Origin: Candidatus Lustribacter sp.
Lineage (GTDB): Bacteria; Vulcanimicrobiota; Vulcanimicrobiia; Vulcanimicrobiales; Vulcanimicrobiaceae
Reading direction: 5' to 3'
NCBI GenBank assembly: GCA_965277805.1
Contig: OZ255842.1
Coordinates: 224,001-288,000, forward strand
Length of the DNA: 64,000 nucleotides
A program made the position numbers and the translations under genes. Position 1 is the first letter of the stretch. The number at the start of each line of letters is the position of its first letter. This document shows positions 46,410 through 55,469 of this stretch, piece by piece. Below the pieces are notes generated by a model. It saw only the letters and a program-made list of their open reading frames with translations. It ran no database searches and was not told where the DNA came from.

Positions 46410-47578
46410 CGGAGCGGCGTCGCTCCGAGCCCGCTCGCCGCGACCCAGCCGCGGGCGGGATCCCAGCGGATCATCACGACCGAGCCGATGCCTAAACCGC
46501 GCTGCGGAATCGCAACGAAGTCGTGCGGCCCGTAAATGCCGACGTTTCCTTGCACCGACGCGATGTGTTCGCGGATCTGTGCCGCGGTGGCGGAAAGGCC
46601 GATTTTCCGCAAGGCATCGAGGACCAGCAGCGTTCCGTCCCAGGCCAGCGAAATCGCGTTCTCGGGTTTCGCGCCGGCTGCTTTCAGCGCCGCGAAGTAG
46701 CTTTCGAGCGCGCGTTTCGTCGGACCGGGCGGCACGGCTTCCGGTGCAAACGCCGGCGTGCCCGGAAAGTAGAGTTCTTTCGGTGCGAAGGCCGCGTAGG
46801 CGTGCATCTCGGCATCGCTCAAGTTCGCGGCGGTGGTGAGCACCGGCAAGCCGAGACCCGCTTCCGACGCGTTGCGCAAGACCGTACCGAACGGCGTGCC
46901 GGTCGTCCACGCGACGAGAACTTGCGCGCCCGACGCTTTGATCTTCGCCATCTGCGCGCTCACGCTGAGATCGTTCGGATTGAAGTGTTCGTGTGCGGCG
47001 ACCGTCATCGTGCCGCTCGTGTCGCCGCCGAACACCTGATCGATGTTCAGATCGGCGTCTTGCCCGGTGGCATCGGTCGAGGTGATGAACCCGATCTTCG
47101 TCCAGCCGCGCATGGCGAAGTACTTCTTGGCGGCCGCGAGCGTGTCGAGTGTCGAGATGCCGCTCGAGAAGAGGAAGCTGCCCGGTTTCGGGTGCACGCC
47201 GGGCGTGAAGCAGTAGAGCGTGGGACCGTTTGCCATGAGCGGTGCGACTGCGCTGCAAAGCGATGTTGCGGCGAGCCCGATCGCGACCGCCGCGTGTTTA
47301 GCGATGATCGCGTTGGCGGCTTGAACGGCGGTCGCCGGATTCGACTGGTCGTCCCAGATCACGAACTTGATCGGACGGCCGTTGATGCCGCCCGCTTTGT
47401 TCGTCATGTTTTCGATGACGCTCAGCGCTTGAATGCCCTCGGCGCCTTGAAATGCGTACGCGCCGGAGCGCGACATGATCGCGTCGATTTCATACGGCGG
47501 TTCCGCCGCGCGGCTTCCGGCCGCGGACGCGACCAGGGCCAAGGCCACAAACAGCATGCCGATACGGACGTGGTTCAT
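46406..47578 (-). CDS. ABC substrate-binding protein, LivK family
   Basis: Signal peptide; NKAGGINGRPIKFVIWDDQSNP, TDATGQD, GTPFGTVLR. Confidence 0.9.
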   Translation of the reverse strand: MNHVRIGMLFVALALVASAAGSRAAEPPYEIDAIMSRSGAYAFQGAEGIQALSVIENMTNKAGGINGRPIKFVIWDDQSNPATAVQAANAIIAKHAAVAIGLAATSLCSAVAPLMANGPTLYCFTPGVHPKPGSFLFSSGISTLDTLAAAKKYFAMRGWTKIGFITSTDATGQDADLNIDQVFGGDTSGTMTVAAHEHFNPNDLSVSAQMAKIKASGAQVLVAWTTGTPFGTVLRNASEAGLGLPVLTTAANLSDAEMHAYAAFAPKELYFPGTPAFAPEAVPPGPTKRALESYFAALKAAGAKPENAISLAWDGTLLVLDALRKIGLSATAAQIREHIASVQGNVGIYGPHDFVAIPQRGLGIGSVVMIRWDPARGWVAASGLGATPLR

Positions 47579-47635
47579 GTGCCCCCCTTGTACACGTGAT
47601 TGGGAAACCCCGGCCGGACCGGAGAAGACCCGGCG

Positions 47636-49246
47636 ATGAAAGTCGAGAGCGTAACGGTACGCGACGGCGTTTCCATCGCGGTCGCGCTCTATCTGCCCGC
47701 ATCGGGCGGGCCTTTTCCGGCGCTGCTCGCGGCCTCGCCCTATCGTTTCGACAACAACGTCTTGCCGCCGACCGCGCAGTTTCTGTGGCGCGAGACCGGG
47801 CCGATCGACCTCTACGTCGAGCACGGATATGCGTACGTGAATATGGACGTGCGCGGGTGCGGGCGCTCGGGCGGCAGCTTCGAGTTCCTCGGCAAGAACG
47901 AGCAGCACGATCTCTATGACATCGTGCAGTGGATCGCCGCACAGCCGTGGTGTACGGGTAAGGTCGGCGGCCTCGGGCAATCGTACTTTTGCATGTCGCA
48001 GTGGTTCATGGCCGCGCAGCGTCCGCCGGCGCTGGCGTGCATCGGCGCGCACGACGGGCTGAACGATCCCTATCGCGCGAGCGTGTACAACGGTGGCATT
48101 CCGGGCGATTTCTTCCCCGGTTACTGGTGGCAGCAAAACCGCATCATCAATCGCACGCCGGCAAACGGCGGGCCGCCGCGCGAGCAAGACGTCGATCTCA
48201 ACCTGCTGCTCGCCGCGCATCCGACGTACGACGAGTTCTGGCGCGAGCGCACGGCCTGGGAAGTGCTCGATCAAATCGACGTGCCGCTGTACTCCGGCGG
48301 CGTGTGGTCGAAACACATGCTGCACACGCGCGGCAACATCGAGGGCTACAGGAAAGCGCGCGGCCCGAAGAAGCTGCGCATGTCGGGCGTGCCGAACGCG
48401 TGGGCCGCGAACGCGGAGTTCAACTCGCGCGAGTTCCACGAGCGCACGCTCTTGCCGTTCTACGACCATTATCTCAAGGGCACGGCGAACGGCTACGCGG
48501 ATTTGCCCGCCGTCGAGTACGCCGTGCGCGGCACGTCGATCACGCGCACCGCTCCGGACTGGCCGCCGCCGGGCGTGCGCTATCAACGCTGGTATCTGAA
48601 TGCGACGGCATCGGGCAGCGTCACGTCGCTCAACGACGGCGGGCTCGCGGTTGCAGCCGATGCTGCCGTCGGTTCGACCACCTACACCTATCCGAATCCT
48701 GGCTGGGTGAACGGTGTGGTCGGTTTCGGCCCGGCCGGGCCGGATTCGGTGCGCCGGGTCCTAACGTTCACATCGGCGCCGCTCGACGCCGATCTCGAAA
48801 TTGCAGGACCGATCAAGCTCGAACTGTTTGCATCGTCGACCGCGACCGACACGGATTTCTTCATCAAGCTGTCGGACCAAGCGCCGCAGGCGGAATCCGA
48901 ACGCGCGCAAGGCCGTAATCCCCTCGCGGAGATCGTGTCGCGGGGCTGGCTGCGCGCATCGCACCGCGCACTCGATCCGGCGCGCAGCACCGAGATGGAA
49001 CCCTACCACACGCATGCCGCACCCGAGCGGCTCGAACCCGGCACGGTGTATCGCTTCGACATCAGCATCGAGCCGATGGCCTACCGGTTCGCGGCCGGTC
49101 ATCGCATTCGCCTAGAGATCGTCAACGGCGATTCGGCCATCACGGAAATGCTCTGGACGCACTACTACCGCCCCGATAAGATCGGTACCGACACGATCTA
49201 TCACGATGCGCAACACCCGTCGGTCCTCATCCTTCCGGTGACGTAA
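47636..49246 (+). CDS. CocE/NonD family hydrolase (S15-like)
   Basis: VRDGVSIAVALYLP, DVRGCGRSGG, QPWCTGKVGGLGQSYF, GHRIRLEI. Confidence 0.92.
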   Translation: MKVESVTVRDGVSIAVALYLPASGGPFPALLAASPYRFDNNVLPPTAQFLWRETGPIDLYVEHGYAYVNMDVRGCGRSGGSFEFLGKNEQHDLYDIVQWIAAQPWCTGKVGGLGQSYFCMSQWFMAAQRPPALACIGAHDGLNDPYRASVYNGGIPGDFFPGYWWQQNRIINRTPANGGPPREQDVDLNLLLAAHPTYDEFWRERTAWEVLDQIDVPLYSGGVWSKHMLHTRGNIEGYRKARGPKKLRMSGVPNAWAANAEFNSREFHERTLLPFYDHYLKGTANGYADLPAVEYAVRGTSITRTAPDWPPPGVRYQRWYLNATASGSVTSLNDGGLAVAADAAVGSTTYTYPNPGWVNGVVGFGPAGPDSVRRVLTFTSAPLDADLEIAGPIKLELFASSTATDTDFFIKLSDQAPQAESERAQGRNPLAEIVSRGWLRASHRALDPARSTEMEPYHTHAAPERLEPGTVYRFDISIEPMAYRFAAGHRIRLEIVNGDSAITEMLWTHYYRPDKIGTDTIYHDAQHPSVLILPVT

Positions 49247-49247
49247 T

Positions 49248-50306
49248 TTGTTTCGTGTCGTATCGCGGCTCTTCGCGGCCGTCGCTTTTCTCGGGTTACT
49301 GGGTGTATCGGAAACCGTCGACGCTTCGACGGTGATCGCGCCCAAGGTCGTGGTGGTCGCGATGTTCGAGATCGGGAAAGACTCCGGCGATCGGCCGGGG
49401 GAGTTTCAACTGTGGGTCGAGCGCGAACATCTCACGCGCCTGATTCCGGTGCCGGGCGCATTTCACGGCGTGCGGACGAATGCCGATGCATCGGTGATCG
49501 GCATCGTCACCGGGCGCGGCAATACGAGCGCAGCGTCGAGCATCATGGCGCTTGGGCTCGATCCGCGCTTCGATCTGCGCAAGAGTTACTGGGTGATCGC
49601 CGGCATCGCCGGCATCGATCCGAAGAAAGGCTCGATCGGGTCGGCGGTCTGGACCGACGCGGTTATCGACGGCGATCTCTCGCATGAGATCGATGCGCGG
49701 GAAATGCCCCGCGATTGGCGCACCGGCTACGTGCCGCTCGATCGCACGCTGCCCTACGAGCAGCCGGTGCCGCAGGTCGACGAGATGGTGTACCGTCTCA
49801 ACCCCTCGCTCTTGCATTGGGCGTACGCGGTCACGCGCGATACGAAGCTGGCCGACAACAGCAAAGCGCGGGCGCGGCGCATGCTCTACACCGGCTATCC
49901 GCGTGCGCAAGCGCCGCCGTCGGTGCTCATCGGCGCGACCGTTGCGTCGAGCCGCTTCTGGGCCGGCGCGCTCTCCGACCAATGGGCGAACGATTGGACG
50001 CGCTATTACACGCACGGCCGTTCGACCTACGTCACGACCGCCATGGAAGATGCGGGCACCATGCACTCACTCACCGCGCTAGCGCGCGCCGGCCGCGTCG
50101 ACGTCAACCGGGTGCTGCTCCTGCGCACCGCCAGCGATTACGACATGCAGCGTCCGGGCGAGACGGCCGAGCACAGCCTCAACAGCGAAAAGTACGGTGC
50201 GTACTCCGCGTACATGCCGGCGATCGAGGCCGCCTATCGCGTCGGCAGCCGCGCCGTGCACGCGCTCCTCGCCGGCTGGCCGCGCTACGAGACGCAGATC
50301 CCTTGA
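49248..50306 (+). CDS. Purine nucleoside permease (NUP) family secreted protein
   Basis: PKVVVVAMFEIG.DSGDRPGEFQLWVERE, FDLRKSYWVIAGIAGIDP, TAMED, LRTASDY. Confidence 0.87.
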   Translation: MFRVVSRLFAAVAFLGLLGVSETVDASTVIAPKVVVVAMFEIGKDSGDRPGEFQLWVEREHLTRLIPVPGAFHGVRTNADASVIGIVTGRGNTSAASSIMALGLDPRFDLRKSYWVIAGIAGIDPKKGSIGSAVWTDAVIDGDLSHEIDAREMPRDWRTGYVPLDRTLPYEQPVPQVDEMVYRLNPSLLHWAYAVTRDTKLADNSKARARRMLYTGYPRAQAPPSVLIGATVASSRFWAGALSDQWANDWTRYYTHGRSTYVTTAMEDAGTMHSLTALARAGRVDVNRVLLLRTASDYDMQRPGETAEHSLNSEKYGAYSAYMPAIEAAYRVGSRAVHALLAGWPRYETQIP

Positions 50307-50307
50307 G

Positions 50308-51195
50308 CTAGTTGATCGACGCGCGCAGTGCTTCGTAGGAGAACGACGTGTCGCGCCAGGCGTCGATGTTGCCGAGACCGTGTTCCTCGTTCCAAACGAC
50401 GACGTCGAACATCTTGCCGGTGAGGGCTTTCGCGTCTTGGGCCGCAAGGTGCAGCGCGAGCGGCACCATGTGCTCCGGAACGAGCGGAAGGGGCCCCGCT
50501 TGGGTGGCGCCGGCCTTCATGCGCGCGATGTTCTGTTCGTCGAAGCCGGTGGTGCGCGTGTGGCCGGGGATCATGATGTTCACGGCCACGTTGTCTTTGC
50601 GCACTTCGTCGGCCAAGTAGAAGCTCATCGTGGCCAGCGCCGCCTTGGAGGACTGGTAGGGCATCTCCTGACTGTTGGGACGCAGGGCCGTATACGCACC
50701 GCCGGCCGAGCTGTTGACGATGCCGCTGCTCACCGTGTTGATGATGCTGCCGCGCTTTTGTTCGATCATCGGGCGGATGAAGCGGCGCGTGACCTTGAGC
50801 GCGCCGAAAATGTTCACCGCGAACGACTTCTGCCAATCGGCATCGGTTGTGGCCAGCGTGGTCGTGCGGCCGGTGGGCGGAAAGAGTTCGCGCTGCCGCA
50901 GGGCGGCGTTGTTGAGCAGCGCATCGACGGTGCCGAAGCGCTCGATCGTGCGCGCGAACACGCCGTCGATCGCGGCGTCGTCGGTGACGTCCATATCCGC
51001 GGTCATCAGGTTCGCGCCGCCCGCGGTGAGCGCCGCGTCGATCGGCTCGGCGCCGTCCCACGAACGGTCGGTCGACACGACCTTCGCGCCCGCTTTAAGA
51101 AACGCGAGCGTGTACGCGCGTCCGATTCCACGTGCGCCGCCGGTGATGACCACCACGCGGCCGGCCAGCTCTCTTGACGAATTCGGCGTATCCAT
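50308..51195 (-). CDS. Short-chain dehydrogenase/reductase
   Basis: TGGARGIG, NNAA, YQSSK; start ATG 51195 estimated. Confidence 0.9.
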   Translation of the reverse strand: MDTPNSSRELAGRVVVITGGARGIGRAYTLAFLKAGAKVVSTDRSWDGAEPIDAALTAGGANLMTADMDVTDDAAIDGVFARTIERFGTVDALLNNAALRQRELFPPTGRTTTLATTDADWQKSFAVNIFGALKVTRRFIRPMIEQKRGSIINTVSSGIVNSSAGGAYTALRPNSQEMPYQSSKAALATMSFYLADEVRKDNVAVNIMIPGHTRTTGFDEQNIARMKAGATQAGPLPLVPEHMVPLALHLAAQDAKALTGKMFDVVVWNEEHGLGNIDAWRDTSFSYEALRASIN

Positions 51196-51255
51196 AGCGC
51201 CGGACACGTTGGTCAGCGAGGTGCTGCATCCTCGTCGGCATATTCCCGCTGAACG

Positions 51256-52539
51256 ATGAGTGCAGTGTTGATCGTCCGCAACGTGACCGTGATCGACGGC
51301 TCCGGCGGTCCGCCGGTCGCCGATGCGGAAGTCGCGATCGCCGGCGGACGCTTTACCGCGATCCGCCCGATCGGCACGTCCGCCGGCCCCGGTATAACGG
51401 TGTACGACGGCAAGGGCGGTTTTTTGCTGCCGGGTTTATGGGAAGGTCACACGCATTTGCGCGCGCGGCCGGGCGAAGGCGACGCCGATCAGGTTGCGCG
51501 GCTCGAAACGATTCTCGCAAGCTATCTTGCGGCCGGTATCACCGCGGTGCTGGAGCTGGGCGGCCCGCTCGACATCGACGGGCGTCTGCGCGAACGCCAT
51601 CGCACGACGCCGCCGACCGGCGCGGCGGACCTGTTCTTCGCCGGCCCGTCGTTCACCGGAATCAACGGCTGGCCGCTCGAGCTGCACCACAATCACGCGC
51701 TCGTGCGCGAGGCCGGCGATGCGGAGACCGCGCGCCGCATGGTGCTCGAACTCGAAGGCGAGACGGATTTCGTCAAGTGCATTTACGACGGCGAACCCGG
51801 CGCGCCCGACAAGCTGCCGCGCGCGGCGCTGCAGGCGATCGTGAAGGCGGCGCACGAGCGCGGCAAGAGCGTGCTCGTGCACATCGCGACCAAACGCGAC
51901 ATCGAAGAAGCGGTCGACGCCGGTGCCGATTGCATCGAGCATGCGTTCATCCCCGAGGATCCCGACGACCTCACCGAAGCCGAAGACATCGCCGATCTGC
52001 TAGCAAGCACGGGCACCTACTTCTCGCCCACGCTCGCGGTATTCGAGCAGCTCGGCCGCAGCGGCGACAAAACGTACCTGAACGAACTCGCGCGCGATTC
52101 GATCATCTCGGCGAGTGAGGTTGACGAGATCGCGAGCCGTCCCGCCTTCGGCGCGCCGTTTCCGCATCATCCGGCAGCCGAAACGTTGACGCGCTTTCAG
52201 TACGCCATCCGGGCGCTGCCGATCATGCGCAACGCCGGCGTGAAGATCGTGGCCGGCAGCGATATCGCCCTGTTCATGTCGCGCCCGGCCGCGCTGCTGC
52301 GCGAACTGCAGCTTCTCACCGACGCCGGTTTACCGGCCGGCGACACGATCGTCGCCGCAACGCGCTACAATGCCGAGAAGATTCGCAAGTCGGCAAGCGC
52401 CGGCACGATCGCGCCCGGTCAGGTCGCCGACGCGCTGTTACTCAATGCCGATCCGCTCGGCGACATCATGCATCTCGTGCGCCCCGGCCATCGGGTGGCG
52501 ACGATCCGGCACGGACACCTGACCGAGGCGGCGGAATAG
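51256..52539 (+). CDS. Amidohydrolase family protein (imidazolonepropionase/prolidase-like)
   Basis: LLPGLWEGHTH, FVKC, VHIA, IEHA, AGSD, GTIAPGQVAD. Confidence 0.85.
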   Translation: MSAVLIVRNVTVIDGSGGPPVADAEVAIAGGRFTAIRPIGTSAGPGITVYDGKGGFLLPGLWEGHTHLRARPGEGDADQVARLETILASYLAAGITAVLELGGPLDIDGRLRERHRTTPPTGAADLFFAGPSFTGINGWPLELHHNHALVREAGDAETARRMVLELEGETDFVKCIYDGEPGAPDKLPRAALQAIVKAAHERGKSVLVHIATKRDIEEAVDAGADCIEHAFIPEDPDDLTEAEDIADLLASTGTYFSPTLAVFEQLGRSGDKTYLNELARDSIISASEVDEIASRPAFGAPFPHHPAAETLTRFQYAIRALPIMRNAGVKIVAGSDIALFMSRPAALLRELQLLTDAGLPAGDTIVAATRYNAEKIRKSASAGTIAPGQVADALLLNADPLGDIMHLVRPGHRVATIRHGHLTEAAE

Positions 52540-52546
52540 GCCGGTA

Positions 52547-53473
52547 ATGACGCAATCTTCAATTCGCCGCGTCGCAGTGGTGGGCGCCGGCACGATCGGC
52601 GCGAGCTGGGCCGCGTACTTTCTCGCGCACGGCCTCGATGTGACCGTGAGCGACCCCGCGGCAGCGGCGCCGGACCTGCTCAAGCGCACGATCGAGACGG
52701 TTTGGCCGAGTCTCGTGCAGCTCGGCCTCGCGCCGGGCGCATCACCCGATCGCGTGCGCTTCGAGAGCGATCCGGTGGCGGCCGTCGAGGGTGCCGAGTT
52801 CGTTCAGGAAAACGGGCCGGAGAAAGAAGACGTGAAGATCGCGCTGTTCGCGCGGCTCGATGCGGCGCTGCCGGTCGAAACGATCATCGCGTCGAGTTCA
52901 TCGGGACTGCTGATCAGCCGCATACAGTCGGGTTGCGCGCATCCGGAACGCACCGTGATCGGGCATCCCTTCAATCCGCCGCACCTCATGCCGCTGGTGG
53001 AAGTCGTCGGCGGTGCGAAGACGTCGCCCGCGACGATTGCGCGCACGATGGCGTTCTATCGCGCGATCGGCAAGTACCCGATTCACATTCGCGCCGAAGT
53101 GACCGGGCATATTGCGAACCGGCTGCAGGCCGCGCTGTGGCGCGAAGCGATCCATCTCGTCGACACGGGCGTGGCCAGCGTCGCCGACGTGGATGCTGCG
53201 GTATCGTACGGCCCGGGATTGCGCTGGGCGCTGATGGGGCCATCGCTGACGTTTCATCTCGGCGGCGGCGAAGGCGGGATGGAGCACTTCATGACGCATC
53301 TCGGCGGGCCGATGCAAACCTGGTTCGACGCGCTGGGCAGCCCCGATCTTACGCCCGAGCGCCGGCAGAAGATCATCGACGGGGTCGCCGGCGCAACCGC
53401 CGGCCGCAGCGTGCCCGATCTGGCGCGCGAACGCGACGCGTTGCTGGTGGAGTTGCTCAAGCTGAAGCAGTAG
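52547..53473 (+). CDS. 3-hydroxyacyl-CoA dehydrogenase family (carnitine dehydrogenase/lambda-crystallin-like)
   Basis: VGAGTIGASWA, VQENGPE, GHPFNPPHLMPLVEVVGG, GHIANRLQAALWREA, GPGLRWALMG. Confidence 0.92.
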   Translation: MTQSSIRRVAVVGAGTIGASWAAYFLAHGLDVTVSDPAAAAPDLLKRTIETVWPSLVQLGLAPGASPDRVRFESDPVAAVEGAEFVQENGPEKEDVKIALFARLDAALPVETIIASSSSGLLISRIQSGCAHPERTVIGHPFNPPHLMPLVEVVGGAKTSPATIARTMAFYRAIGKYPIHIRAEVTGHIANRLQAALWREAIHLVDTGVASVADVDAAVSYGPGLRWALMGPSLTFHLGGGEGGMEHFMTHLGGPMQTWFDALGSPDLTPERRQKIIDGVAGATAGRSVPDLARERDALLVELLKLKQ

Positions 53474-53526
53474 GGCTTATATCCGTCTGGCGGAATGCTT
53501 TGGCGACGACGTTTTGGAGGGCACCG

Positions 53527-54522
53527 ATGGCCAACGTAGCTGAGAGCCTGGCGGAAACTGCAGTCGACCGGTCGGAGTGGACGATCACCTCGACGTGCCG
53601 GCGGTGCCGGGCGGCGTGGAATCTCGCGCCCAGCGTCATCGGGACCGCCAAGGACGGCAAGGCGTTTTTCCGGCGGCAGCCCGAGACGGAAGAGGAACTC
53701 AGCGAAGCGTGGCGCGCCTTGGTGGCGTGTCCGACCGGTTCGATCAAAGCGCCGCACGGGCTGCCGCTGCCGAACGACGTGTTTCCGCAACTGCTGGCCG
53801 AGAATCTTTGGCGCCTCGGATACAACGACAACAGCAGTGCCGGCGCGCATCCGTTTTTCATTCGCGCGAAGAGCGGCCTGAACTTCATGGTCGACGGTCC
53901 GCGCTTCGTGCCGAAGCTGGTGAAGTTCATCGAAGAGCAGGGCGGGCTCGATCACGTGCTGTTGACGCACCGCGACGACGTCGGCTCGGCCGCGAAATAT
54001 GCCGAACATTTCGGCGCGCGATTGTGGATCCACGAGAATGACCGTGCGGCGGCGCCCGAAGCCACCGACATCCTGACCGGCTACGAGATCACCGAACCGG
54101 TACCGGGCTGCACCGTCATTCCGATTCCCGGCCACACGATCGGCAGCGTGGCGTTTCTCATCGATGAGAAACTGTTTCCCGGCGATTCGCTCGGCTGGGA
54201 ACTCGCGCAAAGCCAGCTGTGGACGAATCCGATTTTTTGCTGGGATGACTGGCCGATGCAGGCCCGCGCGCTGCGGCGGCTGCAAGCCTTCCGCTTCGAT
54301 TACGTGTGCTCCGGCCACAACTACAGCATTGGATTCCCGGCCGACCGCATGAAGGCGGAGTTGGACAAGGCGCTCGATTTCTTCGATACGCTCACGTGGA
54401 CGCCGCCGACGCATCTGCCGACCGGCGAGGCGATTCCTGCGGCGCGCATTCAAGAACGCGATCGCCGCGTCGCGGAAGTTCGCGCCGACTTTTTCGCGAC
54501 GCTCGAGCGCGAACAGGCTTGA
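53527..54522 (+). CDS. Ferredoxin-like N-domain fused to MBL-fold hydrolase
   Basis: TCRRCRAA...ALVACPTGSI; LTHRDD, PGHTIGS, FPGDSL, CSGH; GGAGG RBS. Confidence 0.85.
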   Translation: MANVAESLAETAVDRSEWTITSTCRRCRAAWNLAPSVIGTAKDGKAFFRRQPETEEELSEAWRALVACPTGSIKAPHGLPLPNDVFPQLLAENLWRLGYNDNSSAGAHPFFIRAKSGLNFMVDGPRFVPKLVKFIEEQGGLDHVLLTHRDDVGSAAKYAEHFGARLWIHENDRAAAPEATDILTGYEITEPVPGCTVIPIPGHTIGSVAFLIDEKLFPGDSLGWELAQSQLWTNPIFCWDDWPMQARALRRLQAFRFDYVCSGHNYSIGFPADRMKAELDKALDFFDTLTWTPPTHLPTGEAIPAARIQERDRRVAEVRADFFATLEREQA

Positions 54523-55469
54523 TGCACGTTTCGCGGCGTCACGCGCTGGCGGCCCTCGCTGCTGCCGGCAGCGTGCCGTATTTGGGGCGGCCGGCTGCGG
54601 CCGATGGGCCGGCGATTCGCGTCGGCATGATTCCCATCGAGTCGGCCTGCGGCGCCTTTTATGCGAAGGAAAACGGGTTCTTTCAAAACGCCGGCGTGAA
54701 CGTCGAGATCGAGCTCAACCCATCGACGCCGGCGATTGCGTCGGCCGTCGTTGCCGGTACGTACGATATCGCATTCAGCGGCATTTCGACGCTGGCAGCG
54801 GCGCATGCGCGCGGGCTGCCGTTCGTCCTCATCGCGCCGTCGGGCATCATCGCGCCCGGTACGGTCTCGGGTGGGATAACGGTCGCGCCGCAATCGCCGA
54901 TCCGTACGGCTACGGACCTCAACGGCAAGACGTTCGCGGCTTCGGGTCTCAACACGCAAGCGGAGTACTCGCCGCGCGCGTGGATCGACAAGCATGGCGG
55001 CGATTCGACGACGTGCAAGTTCATCGAGATGCCGTTTCCGCAGATCGCCGACGCGATCGCGGCCGGCCGCGTCGACGCCGGCTATTTGGTCGAGCCCTTT
55101 CTCACCGTGGCGAGCAAACGCGGCGTCGTGCGCACCATCGCCAGCGGCGACGACGCGATCGGAACGACCTTCCTCGCCAGCGGCTGGTTTGCGCTCGCCG
55201 CATGGGCGAAGGCGCATCCCGACGCCGTGGCGGCGTTCGCAAGCGCGGTTGGTCAGGCGGGGCACTGGGCCAACGCGAATCCGGATAAAGTCGTACCGAT
55301 CATCGCGGCGCACCTCAAGACCGATCCGGCGGTGACGGCCGCGGTTCCACGCACGCTCTACACGGATCGTCTGATCGCCGCGCAGGTTCAGCCGTGGATC
55401 GACGTCACCGCGAAGTACGCGAAATTCCCGTCCTTTGCCGCCGCCGACCTGATGTACCGCCGGTCATGA
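54522..55469 (+). CDS. ABC substrate-binding protein, SsuA/TauA/THI5 family (Tat)
   Basis: SRRHAL; GFFQNAGV, DLNGKT, WIDKHGGDS, IEMPFPQ, AGRVDA. Confidence 0.9.
   Translation: MHVSRRHALAALAAAGSVPYLGRPAAADGPAIRVGMIPIESACGAFYAKENGFFQNAGVNVEIELNPSTPAIASAVVAGTYDIAFSGISTLAAAHARGLPFVLIAPSGIIAPGTVSGGITVAPQSPIRTATDLNGKTFAASGLNTQAEYSPRAWIDKHGGDSTTCKFIEMPFPQIADAIAAGRVDAGYLVEPFLTVASKRGVVRTIASGDDAIGTTFLASGWFALAAWAKAHPDAVAAFASAVGQAGHWANANPDKVVPIIAAHLKTDPAVTAAVPRTLYTDRLIAAQVQPWIDVTAKYAKFPSFAAADLMYRRS

Noticed and set aside
45135-47258. 707-aa minus-strand ORF and other long alternative-frame ORFs (e.g. 57777-59726, 8357-9946, 10348-11742, 12048-13358)
   Set aside because: Arg/Ala-rich shadow frames overlapping well-supported genes; expected from stop-codon scarcity at high GC.
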